The notes below the pieces were generated by a model that saw nothing but the letters and a program-made list of their open reading frames with translations, searched no databases and was not told the DNA's origin. A stretch of 64,000 nt of DNA from an uncultured Roseovarius sp. GTDB taxonomy: Bacteria > Pseudomonadota > Alphaproteobacteria > Rhodobacterales > Rhodobacteraceae. The translations under genes and the position numbers were made by a program. The stretch spans positions 1,065 through 65,064 of the forward strand of contig CAYMEC010000003.1 in assembly GCA_964389425.1 (NCBI GenBank). The letters are read 5' to 3'. This document shows, in pieces, positions 9,579-19,315 of this stretch. Each line of letters opens with the position of its first letter. Within the stretch, counting starts at the first letter, position 1.

Positions 9579-11423
9579 ATGAGTAACGATTGGGACAACA
9601 CGACGAACGCGTGCATGAAGCAAGCCCGTGACAAGCGCTCATCTTCTATGAATTCGACCGCGATGCGCCGTCTGTCCGCTTTTGGGCGTGACGAAGATGG
9701 TGCCAGCGGCCTGCTGAGTTTTTACACAACATTCATGCTCCTGCTGATCGCGGGTCTGGGCATCGACACGATGCGCCAGGAAATGGAGCGCACGCACCTT
9801 CAATCCACGCTTGATTCTGCCGTGCTCGCAGGCGCGGGGGCACCTCAGGGCACCGATGCACAAGGTGTGGCCAACATCGTTGAAGACTATTTCGCCAAGA
9901 ATGACATGTCCCAGTTCCTCCACGAGATCGACCTCGACGGGGAAGATGCCGACATTGAGACCTCGCTGAACGCATCCAGAGTGTTTGCAGAAGCGTCGAT
10001 GGATATCGATACCTACCTGCTGAAATTGACGGGCGTCGACGCGTTGAATGCAAATGCCGCGGCCCAGGCCGAGGTTGCAACGCCGAAACTCGAAGTGTCG
10101 CTTGTGCTTGACGTTTCGGGCTCCATGCGCGGCACGAAGCTGGCCAATTTGAAGACAGCCGCAAACTCTTTCGTTACGACCATTTTGGGTCAATCCGACC
10201 CGGGCGACACTTTCATTTCCGTCGTTCCATTCGCGTGGACCGTGACGCCGGGCCCAGATGTCTTCGAAGAGCTGACCGTCGCCAAGACGCATGATTACTC
10301 GACGTGTCTGCGGTTTGGATCTTCCGATTACAACAGCCCGAACATCGACCCAAGCTCGACTTACGATCAGCAGATCTACACTTCCATCTATGGGTCATTC
10401 AACGACTTCAACAGAAGCTGGCGGTCCTGCTTTGCCGACGCGAACGCTGTGATTTTGCCATTCTCAACAAGCGAAGCCGATCTGCATTCACACATCAACG
10501 GTTTGACAGCAGATGGCAACACGTCAGCGCATATCGGGATGAAGTGGGGCGCCGCGATGCTCGACCCGGATTTCCAGAGCGTAGCAAGTAGTCTGCAAGG
10601 GAAAGGCGTCGTTGACGCGGCCCTTACGAGCATCCCCGCTCAGTATGCCGAACCTGAAACGCTTAAGATCATCGTGCTTATGGCGGACGGTCGCAACACG
10701 ACCTCCTACTATTTCAACGACAACAGCGCGTATCGCGGCCCGGATTCCGACCTCTATCGCCTGACATGGCAGGAAATGGAATTCGACTATGCATGGCGTG
10801 AGTTGACGGCGGGTACAGAGTACTCGGATGACCAATCCAAGTGCAGCCAGTCCGACTGGAATTGCGAATACACTGCGACCGGTGAACAATTCTCGGCATA
10901 CTACCTGTATGACGATGGTGAATATCTCGACATCGAAGGGACAGGCCCGATCGACACCGAGCCTTTCAATGAGCAAGACAGCCCCGATGACGTGAGCACA
11001 GGTACGCCCAATGGCGGCACGCCCACATGGATTGAAGATGACGTATATGAGGACTTCCAGGATCATCCTGCTTTCGTGTCTGATGAACGTCTGGATTGGG
11101 AAGAGGCCTGGGGCCTGATGACACCGAACTGGTACGGTCACACGACCGGCGATTGGCGTCCTTGGAACGACTATGTGGGCGGCCAGCGTGAGGGCGGCGG
11201 TACGAAAGACACCCGCATGCAGTCCATCTGTTCTGCCACCAAGAACGAAGGCGTGGTCGTTTACACCATCGGCTATGACATCACGGCGAACGGCAATGCC
11301 GAAACGCAACTCGAAAACTGCGCATCAAGCCTCAATCACTATTACCCCACCGACGGTGACAATATCAGCGCCGCGTTCAACTCGATCGCGTCAAACGTGA
11401 AAAACCTGAGGTTGACACAATGA
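9579..11423 (+). CDS. TadG-like Flp pilus protein with vWA domain (true start possibly ~9648)
   Basis: DEDG-hydrophobic prepilin-like N-terminus, LQSTLDSAVLAGA Tad motif, MIDAS DVSGS, GNTS, MADG; C-terminal VYTIGY...CAS...HYY. Confidence 0.85.
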   Translation: MSNDWDNTTNACMKQARDKRSSSMNSTAMRRLSAFGRDEDGASGLLSFYTTFMLLLIAGLGIDTMRQEMERTHLQSTLDSAVLAGAGAPQGTDAQGVANIVEDYFAKNDMSQFLHEIDLDGEDADIETSLNASRVFAEASMDIDTYLLKLTGVDALNANAAAQAEVATPKLEVSLVLDVSGSMRGTKLANLKTAANSFVTTILGQSDPGDTFISVVPFAWTVTPGPDVFEELTVAKTHDYSTCLRFGSSDYNSPNIDPSSTYDQQIYTSIYGSFNDFNRSWRSCFADANAVILPFSTSEADLHSHINGLTADGNTSAHIGMKWGAAMLDPDFQSVASSLQGKGVVDAALTSIPAQYAEPETLKIIVLMADGRNTTSYYFNDNSAYRGPDSDLYRLTWQEMEFDYAWRELTAGTEYSDDQSKCSQSDWNCEYTATGEQFSAYYLYDDGEYLDIEGTGPIDTEPFNEQDSPDDVSTGTPNGGTPTWIEDDVYEDFQDHPAFVSDERLDWEEAWGLMTPNWYGHTTGDWRPWNDYVGGQREGGGTKDTRMQSICSATKNEGVVVYTIGYDITANGNAETQLENCASSLNHYYPTDGDNISAAFNSIASNVKNLRLTQ

Positions 11424-11971
11424 TCAAAAGATCTGCGATCACGGGTCTGCGCACCCATATCCACAACTTTGCCCGCGACGAAGGCGGTTCGGCTTCGGTG
11501 GAATTCATCCTGGTGATGCCAATCTACATCACGATCATGGTGATGGGTGTGGAACTGGGCCTGATTACGCTGCGCCACACGCTTCTGGAACGCGGTCTTG
11601 ATATCGCCGTTCGGGAGGTGCGTCTGGGCACGGGCACCGCGCCGCAACATGACGATATCAAGGACATGATCTGCGCCAATTCGCTGATGCTTCTGGATTG
11701 CCAGAACAAATTGCAGCTGGAAATGCGCTCTGCCGATATCCGGTCCTTTGCCTCTCTGGACACGTCTGCGGACTGCACCGACAGCGCCGAGCCGACCAAA
11801 CCCGTTCGCGAATGGACCCCTGGTCTGCAAAACGAATTGATGCTGCTTCGTGCATGCCTGAAATACGAACCGATCTTTCCCGATGCTTTCCTTGGCAGCG
11901 CGCTGGACACGGACGCAAACGGCGAAGCCTCTGTCATCGTGACAAGTGCCTTTGTGCAGGAGCCTCTTTGA
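11420..11971 (+). CDS. TadE-family pseudopilin
   Basis: DEGGSASVEFILVMP prepilin-like motif, AVREVRLG, paired cysteines, C-terminal QEP. Confidence 0.87.
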   Translation: MIKRSAITGLRTHIHNFARDEGGSASVEFILVMPIYITIMVMGVELGLITLRHTLLERGLDIAVREVRLGTGTAPQHDDIKDMICANSLMLLDCQNKLQLEMRSADIRSFASLDTSADCTDSAEPTKPVREWTPGLQNELMLLRACLKYEPIFPDAFLGSALDTDANGEASVIVTSAFVQEPL

Positions 11972-11972
11972 T

Positions 11973-12536
11973 ATGACCTACTGGCCACTGATCAAATCCT
12001 ACCTTCGCGACTTCGCCGAAGACACGCGCGGCACCATCATGGTGGAGACCGTTTTGACCTTGCCGATGATGTTCATGGGCCTCGCAGCCATGTTCGAATT
12101 CTTCGAACTGCACCGGTTCCAAAGTACGCGGGACAAAGCCACTTACACGATTGCAGACATGCTGTCGCGCGAACAGGCGGTGATCAACGATGTCTATATT
12201 GACAACGTTAAAGTGCTGTTTGACGAAATCGCGGATGATTACGGCGACAACGCGATCCGCGTCTCCATCCTCGATTATGATGCGGGCGATGACGAATACG
12301 GGGTGGTCTGGTCCGAGGTACGTGGCCCGAATACTCTTTCGCCACTGACTGACGCTCAGGTCCGCGACGATCATGATATCCTGCCCATTCTTGATGATGG
12401 TGAACAGGTGATACTGGTGGAAAGTCAGGCGCAGTATCGCACGATCTTTGACGTAGGATTTTCCGATCAGATGGTCATGAACACGCGCGTGTTCACATCC
12501 ATCCGTTTTGCCCCGCAGCTGACCTTCGAAAACTGA
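11973..12536 (+). CDS. TadE/TadF-family pseudopilin
   Basis: DTRGTIMVETVLTLP motif, KATYTIADMLSRE, C-terminal RFAPQL; start MTYW at 11973 just after the upstream stop. Confidence 0.8.
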   Translation: MTYWPLIKSYLRDFAEDTRGTIMVETVLTLPMMFMGLAAMFEFFELHRFQSTRDKATYTIADMLSREQAVINDVYIDNVKVLFDEIADDYGDNAIRVSILDYDAGDDEYGVVWSEVRGPNTLSPLTDAQVRDDHDILPILDDGEQVILVESQAQYRTIFDVGFSDQMVMNTRVFTSIRFAPQLTFEN

Positions 12537-12574
12537 TTGGGCCACGCGCCCAAAGCTGCCGGTGTTTTGATCAA

Positions 12575-12601
12575 AGGCGGGTCGTTAAAACGGCCCGTCT
12601 T
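12575..12601. terminator. Hairpin between convergent genes, possible bidirectional terminator
   Basis: aggcgggtcgtt / aacggcccgtct stem with two G-U pairs; short U-tract; covers the stop of the minus-strand gene. Confidence 0.5.
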
Positions 12602-13079
12602 CCCCGTTGTCTCGCTTGAGCAACATCGCACCCAGCATATCAGCCATGATCTTGCCCGCGCCGCCGGGTGTGACCCCACCAATTCCAATGCGCTTTCCCA
12701 TGCGCCACCACAGGCCCGGCATCCAGCGCGCGGACCCCGACCGTTTCAGGCGCACGACAAAACCGTTTGAAGGTTTGAACACGAAAATACTGCGGTCAAC
12801 GGAGTCGATGTCATCCATCGCAGCGATGATTTCCCCGTCACTCCCGCGCAAGCCGTCTTCCGTCAGCTCCACCCCGCGCGATGTGGCTTGACGCATCCGT
12901 TCCGCCACCCAGAGGCACACAAGCCCCATGCCAAGCAAAAAAGCCTGCCAGCCGAAAACAGCTGGTGGATGGGCCAGCCCCGTGTAGACTAGGAGCGCCC
13001 CAAGAATCAAAAGCATCCCCACGCCCAAAAACCGGCGAGAAGGCGAGGCATAGAGTTCCGTGATCACCTCATCAGACAT
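12585..13079 (-). CDS. Hypothetical membrane protein (two N-terminal TM helices, PH-like soluble tail)
   Basis: 164 aa with two hydrophobic segments, typical codon usage, co-oriented downstream of the TetR gene. Confidence 0.7.
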   Translation of the reverse strand: MSDEVITELYASPSRRFLGVGMLLILGALLVYTGLAHPPAVFGWQAFLLGMGLVCLWVAERMRQATSRGVELTEDGLRGSDGEIIAAMDDIDSVDRSIFVFKPSNGFVVRLKRSGSARWMPGLWWRMGKRIGIGGVTPGGAGKIMADMLGAMLLKRDNGEDGPF

Positions 13080-13142
13080 GAGCGCGTCGTTACCTGCTTT
13101 GTGCGCGGGCTGCGAGGAGAAATTTTGAGGAACCTGGTGTGA

Positions 13143-13730
13143 TCACGAAAGAACGGATTTACGCACCATATCCCAATAGAGCGCCTCCACGTCCTCCATG
13201 CTGAGGCGTCCGCCCTGCCGAAACCATGTGTTCACCCCTGTCAGCATAGCAATCACGGCCATGGCCGCGATCCGCGTATCACTGACCTGAAAGGTGCCGG
13301 TTTCGACACCATCTGAAAGGATGCTTTCAAGTCGCGCCTCATAGGCCCGCCGCAACCCCTCAATCTGCTCAAAATTGGGCTCTGTCAGGTTGCGCAGCTC
13401 CATATAAGCAATAAACACCGCCTCGGGCCGGTCCGCATGGTGGCGAATGTGGAAGCTCACAAAATTCTGCAAACGTTCCAGCGGGTTGCCATCAACCACC
13501 TGGGCGTCATAAGCGATGAGCAGCTCATCCATGTGATCCTTCATCAGATCGAAAAGAAGGCTCTGCTTGTCGGGGATGTAGTTGTACAGCGCACCCGCCT
13601 GCACGCCCACTTCGGCCGCAATTTGCCGCATGGAAACAGCAGCATAGCCGAAACGCGCAAAAAGCGCCTTCGCCGCGTCGCGAAGGCGCGGGCCAGTGAT
13701 CTCGGAATGGGATCCTTGGGTGCGTGCCAT
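13143..13730 (-). CDS. TetR/AcrR family transcriptional regulator
   Basis: AKALFARFGYAAVSMRQIAAEVGVQAGALYNYIPDKQSLL HTH; ATG start at 13730. Confidence 0.92.
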   Translation of the reverse strand: MARTQGSHSEITGPRLRDAAKALFARFGYAAVSMRQIAAEVGVQAGALYNYIPDKQSLLFDLMKDHMDELLIAYDAQVVDGNPLERLQNFVSFHIRHHADRPEAVFIAYMELRNLTEPNFEQIEGLRRAYEARLESILSDGVETGTFQVSDTRIAAMAVIAMLTGVNTWFRQGGRLSMEDVEALYWDMVRKSVLS

Positions 13731-13834
13731 GCGCAACCATTTACCGAAGATGGTTCCAAATCAATCCCCGCTTGCACGGGCGGGGGGATAAATGGCAAAA
13801 CACGGTTGTAACCTGCCAGCTCAAAGGATGCGTC

Positions 13835-14170
13835 ATGCGCTGCACCGTCTTGATTATCGCAACCGCAGCAGGCCTGTCGGCATGCACCGCCTTTCCGGAA
13901 GTGGACGCGCGCACATCGCCCGAGGTTCAAAGCGCTTCTTATCCCGCGCTTTTGCCCGCTGATGATCTGCGCGCACAAGCCTCCACGGATCCTCTGGAGC
14001 CTCGCGGTGACTTGCCGCTGGTGGCGACGCTTGAACAAGATGCCGAACAGATCGACAATCGCGCCAATTCCCTTCGCGCCCGCGCAGCCAGCCTTCGCGG
14101 TAATGTGATCGACGACGAAGGGCGTGAACGTCTGGATCAAGAGATCACCATCGACGACGAAGAAGTCTAG
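13835..14170 (+). CDS. Small predicted lipoprotein of unknown function
   Basis: MRCTVLIIATAAGLSAC with LSAC lipobox; acidic C-terminus; upstream of hom. Confidence 0.7.
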   Translation: MRCTVLIIATAAGLSACTAFPEVDARTSPEVQSASYPALLPADDLRAQASTDPLEPRGDLPLVATLEQDAEQIDNRANSLRARAASLRGNVIDDEGRERLDQEITIDDEEV

Positions 14171-14253
14171 TTGACGCCCAACACCCGCGTTGCACCGGCT
14201 CTCGCAAGGTTGTAGAGCCGAGCAAAGGAATTTACGCGGATCGGAGCGCCACC

Positions 14254-15552
14254 ATGACCACCACGAATGACCCCCTTCGCCTCGGGATCGCTGGGCTTGG
14301 CACGGTGGGCGCTGGCGTCGTCAAGATCGTGCGCCAGAAATCCAACTTGTTGGCCAACCGCGCAGGTCGCGCCGTGGATATCTCCGCCATCTCGGCACGC
14401 AGTCGCGACAAGGATCGTGGCGTAAACCTTAGCCAATATGCGTGGGAGGATGACCCCGTGGCGCTGGCCACGCGCGATGATGTAGATGTTTATGTCGAAC
14501 TGATGGGCGGCTCCGACGGCCCGGCGAAAGCCTCGGTCGAGGCAGCCCTCAAAGCAGGCAAAGATGTGGTCACTGCCAACAAGGCTCTTCTGGCCCATCA
14601 CGGTCAGGAATTGGCCGAATTGGCCGAAGCCAATGGGGCGATCCTGCGCTTTGAAGCCGCCGTTGCAGGTGGTATCCCGGTGATCAAGGCCCTTACCGAA
14701 GGATTGGCCGGCAATGATATGGACCGCGTCATGGGCGTGATGAACGGCACCTGCAACTACATCCTCACGCGGATGCAATCGGCGGGCCTGCCCTACGCGG
14801 ACGTCTTCGCCGAAGCGGACGCGCTCGGCTATCTGGAGGCGGACCCAACCCTCGATGTGGGGGGCATTGACGCAGGCCACAAACTGGCGCTGCTGGCTTC
14901 TGTCGCTTTCGGCACGCAAGTCAGTTTTGCGGGTGTCGAACTGGAGGGCATTGAACGCATCACCATCGATGACATCCATCAAGCCGCCGATATGGGCTAC
15001 CGGATCAAACTTCTAGGTGTGGCGCAAATGTCGGGTCGCGGCCTCGAACAACGCATGTCCCCCTGCCTTGTGCCGGAAACCAGCCCGCTGGGTCAGCTTG
15101 AAGGCGGCACCAACATGGTCGTGCTGGAAGGGGATCAAGTGGAACAGGTCGTCCTGCGTGGTCCCGGCGCGGGTGAAGGCCCCACAGCCAGCGCGGTGAT
15201 GGGCGATGTAATGGACATCGCGCGGGGCTTCCGCGTCTCTACCTTTGGCGTCCCCGCGGCCGCGCTTACTCAATCAAAACCCGCCAAAACCGCAACGCCG
15301 GCGCCTTACTACTTGCGCCTCGCGCTGGAAGACAAGCCCGGCGCGCTGGCGAAACTGGCCTCGGTGTTAGGCGATGCGGGCGTGTCCATCGACCGCATGC
15401 GCCAATACCGCCATGACGACGATGGCGCGGCCCCAATCCTGATTGTCACACACAAAACCACCCGCGATGCTCTAGACGCCGCAATCACCGGCATGACCGC
15501 GCTTGACGTGGTCACCGGAGAGCCCGTGGCCCTGCGTATCGAAACCGTCTAA
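14254..15552 (+). CDS. hom: Homoserine dehydrogenase with C-terminal ACT domain
   Basis: GLGTVG, VVTANK, EAAVAGGIP, NGTCNYIL, GYLEADP and DKPGALA motifs. Confidence 0.96.
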   Translation: MTTTNDPLRLGIAGLGTVGAGVVKIVRQKSNLLANRAGRAVDISAISARSRDKDRGVNLSQYAWEDDPVALATRDDVDVYVELMGGSDGPAKASVEAALKAGKDVVTANKALLAHHGQELAELAEANGAILRFEAAVAGGIPVIKALTEGLAGNDMDRVMGVMNGTCNYILTRMQSAGLPYADVFAEADALGYLEADPTLDVGGIDAGHKLALLASVAFGTQVSFAGVELEGIERITIDDIHQAADMGYRIKLLGVAQMSGRGLEQRMSPCLVPETSPLGQLEGGTNMVVLEGDQVEQVVLRGPGAGEGPTASAVMGDVMDIARGFRVSTFGVPAAALTQSKPAKTATPAPYYLRLALEDKPGALAKLASVLGDAGVSIDRMRQYRHDDDGAAPILIVTHKTTRDALDAAITGMTALDVVTGEPVALRIETV

Positions 15553-15583
15553 ACAGACGCGCCATCACCGAAAAGGAACACCC

Positions 15584-16540
15584 ATGTCCGTTCAATTTGA
15601 CGACGCCCTGCTCTCCCTCGGCCTCGCCCGTGTGGCCGAACAGGCCGCCCTCGCCTGCCGCCCTCTCATTGGACGCGGCGATGAAAAAGCCGCCGATCAA
15701 GCCGCCGTCAACGCCATGCGCGAAGAACTGGGCAAGCTCGACATCGCAGGCGTCGTTGTCATCGGCGAAGGCGAACGGGACGAAGCCCCGATGCTTTACA
15801 TCGGCGAAGAGGTGGGCACCGGCAATGGCCCCGGCGTCGACATCGCGCTTGACCCTCTCGAAGGTACCACCATCACCGCAAAGGCCATGCCGAATGCGTT
15901 GACGGTCATTTCCATGGCTCCGCGCGGCACCATGCTGCACGCGCCCGATGTCTACATGGACAAATTGGCCATCGGTCCGGGTTATCCCGCTGATGTGGTC
16001 TCCCTCGACATGACACCCACCCAGCGAGTCGAAGCGTTGGCAAACGCCAAAGGTGTCAAACCCTCTGACATCACGGTTTGCTTACTGGAACGCCCCCGCC
16101 ATCAAGAGACCATCGCGGAACTCCGGTCCATTGGCGCATCCGTCTACCTGATCGGCGACGGCGATGTGGCGGGCGTCATCCACTGCTCCGATGCAGAACG
16201 CACGGGCATCGACATGTATATGGGGTCCGGCGGCGCACCCGAAGGCGTGCTGGCTGCTGGTGCACTCAAGTGTCTGGGCGGCCAGATCTGGGGCCAGCTT
16301 CTGTTCCGCAACGACGACGAACGAGGTCGCGCGGAAAAAGCAGGCATCTCGGATCTGGACCGCATCTATTCGCGTGATGAAATGGTCACTGCCGACGTGA
16401 TCTTTGCCGCCACGGGCGTCACCCAAGGGTCCATGGTGAACGGTCTCAAGCTGGGCGCGGGCTACATCGAAACCGATACGATGCTGCTGCGCTCCAAAAC
16501 CGGTGAACGCCGCCGCATGGCCTGCCGCCACCCGGTGTAA
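15584..16540 (+). CDS. glpX: Class II fructose-1,6-bisphosphatase
   Basis: GEGERDEAPML, DPLEGT, DGDV, GGAPEG motifs; start MSVQFDD at 15584. Confidence 0.95.
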   Translation: MSVQFDDALLSLGLARVAEQAALACRPLIGRGDEKAADQAAVNAMREELGKLDIAGVVVIGEGERDEAPMLYIGEEVGTGNGPGVDIALDPLEGTTITAKAMPNALTVISMAPRGTMLHAPDVYMDKLAIGPGYPADVVSLDMTPTQRVEALANAKGVKPSDITVCLLERPRHQETIAELRSIGASVYLIGDGDVAGVIHCSDAERTGIDMYMGSGGAPEGVLAAGALKCLGGQIWGQLLFRNDDERGRAEKAGISDLDRIYSRDEMVTADVIFAATGVTQGSMVNGLKLGAGYIETDTMLLRSKTGERRRMACRHPV

Positions 16541-16577
16541 CCGAAGCGAGACGCGCCCGGAGGGAGCGACGAGCGAC

Positions 16578-18326
16578 ATGCCCACCTCAGCATTCCTCAA
16601 CGTGGAGACCTCACTCACCGGTCGCCGCTGGACCGGCCCTGGTGCAGAGGTCGACCGACAGGCGGAGGCACTGGCCCAATCCACCACCCTCCCCCGGTCC
16701 CTCTGCCAAACGCTGGCGCGCCTCGGCGTCCCGCCCGAGGATGTCGACGGCTATCTCGATCCCAAACTGCGCGATCTCCTGCCCGACCCGCGCGGCTTAC
16801 GCGACATGGAACAGGCCGCGAGCCGCTTCCTCAAAGCGGTTACATCGAGGTCCCGCATCGCGGTTTTCGCCGATTACGACGTGGATGGCGGCAGCTCAGC
16901 CGCACTTCTCATTGATTGGCTGCGCCAAATGGGCCTGACCTGCACCCTCTACATTCCCGACCGCATCGACGAAGGCTATGGCCCTAACCCCACCGCCATG
17001 TCAGATCTCGCAGCGGGCCACGATCTGATCATCTGCGTCGATTGCGGCACTCTCAGCCATGACGCGATCGCCGCTGCCGCTGGAACGGATGTCATCATCC
17101 TCGACCATCATTTGGGCGGCGAAACGCTGCCCCCCGCCCATTCCATCGTGAATCCCAACCGACAGGATGAAAGCGCCGATCTGGGTCATCTTTGTGCGGC
17201 CGCCGTCGTGTTTCTGATGCTGGTAGAAGTGGGTCGCCAACTGCGCGAAGCGGGCGAAACAGGCCCTGACCTCATGGCCATGCTCGATCTTGTGGCGCTG
17301 GCCACCGTGGCAGATGTGGCCCCTCTCAAAGGCGTCAACCGCGCTTTCGTCCGCCAAGGCCTGCGCGTCATGGGTGAACGCCGACGGCCTGGGTTGACCG
17401 CTCTCGCGGATGTGGCCCGGCTCGACACCGCGCCGTCGTCCTATCATCTAGGTTTTGTCCTAGGCCCCCGCGTCAATGCAGGTGGCCGCATCGGCAAGGC
17501 CGATCTGGGCGCGCGCCTTCTGGCCACCACCGACCCACATGAAGCCGCCGCCCTCTCGGAACGCCTTGACCAGCTCAACACGGAACGCCGCGATATCGAA
17601 GCGGTCGTCCGCGATGCCGCCCTTGCCCAGGCCGAAGACCGTAGCCTTGACGCGCCCCTTATCTGGGCTGCCGCCGATGGTTGGCACCCGGGCGTCGTGG
17701 GCATCGTGGCCAGCCGCCTCAAGGAACACACCAACCGCCCCGCCGTGGTAATCGGCTTTGACGGCGACGAAGGAAAAGGCTCGGGCCGTTCCGTTTCAGG
17801 CGTCGATCTGGGGGCCTCCATCCAACGCCTTGCGACCGAAGGCCTGCTGATCAAAGGCGGCGGACACCGCATGGCCGCAGGCCTTACCGTCGCACGTGAC
17901 AAACTGGAACCGGCCATGGCCCGCCTGTCCGAACTGCTCGCCAAGCAAGGCGCGGGCGAGGCAGGCCCTGCTGACTTGCGCCTCGATGGCCTGATGATGC
18001 CGGGCGCGGCCACCCCGGACGTTGTTCATCAAATCGAAACCGCCGGTCCCTTCGGCGCGGGCGCCCCCGGCCCCCGCTACGCTTTCCCCGATATGGCCAT
18101 CGCATTCGCCAAACGCGTCGGTGAAACCCACCTCAAACTGCGTTTTGGCGACGGCACGGGGCCACAACTCGATGCGATATGCTTTGGCGCCTTTGACGGC
18201 CCGCTTGGCCCCCGCCTTCTGGAGCACGGCGGCGCCCGGTTTCATCTGGCCGGTCGGCTCGACATTAACACATGGGGTGGCCGGCAAAGCGTGCAACTGC
18301 GCCTCGAAGACGCCAGCCCTGCCTGA
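16578..18326 (+). CDS. recJ: ssDNA-specific exonuclease RecJ
   Basis: DYDVDG, DHH, ATVADV, PRVNAGGR, GSGRS, GGH motifs; start MPTSAF at 16578. Confidence 0.96.
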   Translation: MPTSAFLNVETSLTGRRWTGPGAEVDRQAEALAQSTTLPRSLCQTLARLGVPPEDVDGYLDPKLRDLLPDPRGLRDMEQAASRFLKAVTSRSRIAVFADYDVDGGSSAALLIDWLRQMGLTCTLYIPDRIDEGYGPNPTAMSDLAAGHDLIICVDCGTLSHDAIAAAAGTDVIILDHHLGGETLPPAHSIVNPNRQDESADLGHLCAAAVVFLMLVEVGRQLREAGETGPDLMAMLDLVALATVADVAPLKGVNRAFVRQGLRVMGERRRPGLTALADVARLDTAPSSYHLGFVLGPRVNAGGRIGKADLGARLLATTDPHEAAALSERLDQLNTERRDIEAVVRDAALAQAEDRSLDAPLIWAAADGWHPGVVGIVASRLKEHTNRPAVVIGFDGDEGKGSGRSVSGVDLGASIQRLATEGLLIKGGGHRMAAGLTVARDKLEPAMARLSELLAKQGAGEAGPADLRLDGLMMPGAATPDVVHQIETAGPFGAGAPGPRYAFPDMAIAFAKRVGETHLKLRFGDGTGPQLDAICFGAFDGPLGPRLLEHGGARFHLAGRLDINTWGGRQSVQLRLEDASPA

Positions 18327-18372
18327 TCGGGTCCCTATCCCTGTTGAAACGAAAAATGCTGCAAAAACCCCC

Positions 18373-18399
18373 TTGCACACGCCCATGCTTTTTCATAAT
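18373..18399 (+). promoter_or_regulatory. Putative sigma70 promoter of tRNA-Glu
   Basis: TTGCAC at 18373-18378 and CATAAT at 18394-18399, about 30 nt upstream of the tRNA; the 15-nt spacing is short. Confidence 0.45.
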
Positions 18400-18429
18400 C
18401 AGCGGGTCTAGACCATTGCCAGGTCACGT

Positions 18430-18504
18430 GGCCCGTTCGTCTATCGGTTAGGACGCCAGGTTTTCAACCTGGAAAGAGGGGTTCGATTCCCCTACGGGCT
18501 GCCA
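18430..18504 (+). tRNA. tRNA-Glu (anticodon TTC), 75 nt, CCA encoded
   Basis: Acceptor GGCCCGT/ACGGGCT, anticodon arm CCAGG-TTTTCAA-CCTGG, T-loop GGTTCGATTCC, 3' GCCA. Confidence 0.97.
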
Positions 18505-18573
18505 CTTTCCCAAACAATTACGAAAGTCGCGTCGAAGAAACGTAGCGAGACATCGTTCTTTTGCAGAACTATG

Positions 18574-19167
18574 TTAAAGCTGTTCACTGGCATCCCAATA
18601 CGGCTCAAGCAACATACCGATCAGATCTTGGGCTTTCTCACGGTCAAAGCTGTCCATGAAAAGGAAGTAATCCGCCCAGAACCCTTCCAGCATGGCAATC
18701 GTCGCAGTTGCAAGATCCTGTGCAAGGGATGGGTCGTTTTCCGATTGGCCCAACGCATTCGCAATGGCGGTGGTGTAGATATTCCGCAGTCGGTGATCCC
18801 GCGTGGATGAGAACTCGCGAATTTTCGGATCGCTTTGCGCAAGGCCGCGCAGGACAGTCAGAACCGCGATCGTGTCCGCGTTCAGAACCTCTGCACACAG
18901 ATCAGCCCGCACCATCGCGCGTACGATATCCCGAGGGTCGGGGCCCGAGGCTTTCGTCAAACGCTCGATCTTTTCGAAATACATCTCGCCGAAGCGTTCC
19001 GCCGCAGCCCGCAGCAGGTTTTCCTTGTTGCCAAAGGTTTTCATGATCATGGCGCGGGTCAGTCCGGCCTCGGTGACGATATTGGTCACGGTCGTTCCTT
19101 CGAACCCATGTTTGGCGATGGACCGGATGGTGCCATCGACAAGCCTGTCTGCGGCGGACTTTGACAT
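18574..19167 (-). CDS. TetR family regulator (BetI-like C-terminal domain)
   Basis: IRSIAKHGFEGTTVTNIVTEAGLTRAMIMKTFGNKENLL HTH; divergent from the dehydrogenase operon. Confidence 0.88.
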   Translation of the reverse strand: MSKSAADRLVDGTIRSIAKHGFEGTTVTNIVTEAGLTRAMIMKTFGNKENLLRAAAERFGEMYFEKIERLTKASGPDPRDIVRAMVRADLCAEVLNADTIAVLTVLRGLAQSDPKIREFSSTRDHRLRNIYTTAIANALGQSENDPSLAQDLATATIAMLEGFWADYFLFMDSFDREKAQDLIGMLLEPYWDASEQL

Positions 19168-19223
19168 GTGACCTCTTGCTTCAATTGCAGGCGAAAACCC
19201 TTGACGAACACCTGCGTAGTCTG

Positions 19224-19246
19224 GTTTACAGTAAACGATCGTTTAC
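19224..19246. promoter_or_regulatory. Putative TetR operator
   Basis: Perfect 16-bp palindrome GTAAACGATCGTTTAC (19231-19246) overlapped by GTTTAC-A-GTAAAC (19224-19236), just downstream of TTGACG (19201). Confidence 0.7.
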
Positions 19247-19315
19247 CATACCTCCACCCCAAATCGCCCAGCGCGCCAAGCCGCGCCTCGGGCGCGCAAG
19301 AAAGAGGCGCGGCCG

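Noticed and set aside
18430-18573. tRNA-Glu as an active integration site (attL/attR) of a mobile island
   Set aside because: No integrase, transposase or phage gene in the window, and no second copy of the tRNA 3' end found by eye; kept only as a possible old island.
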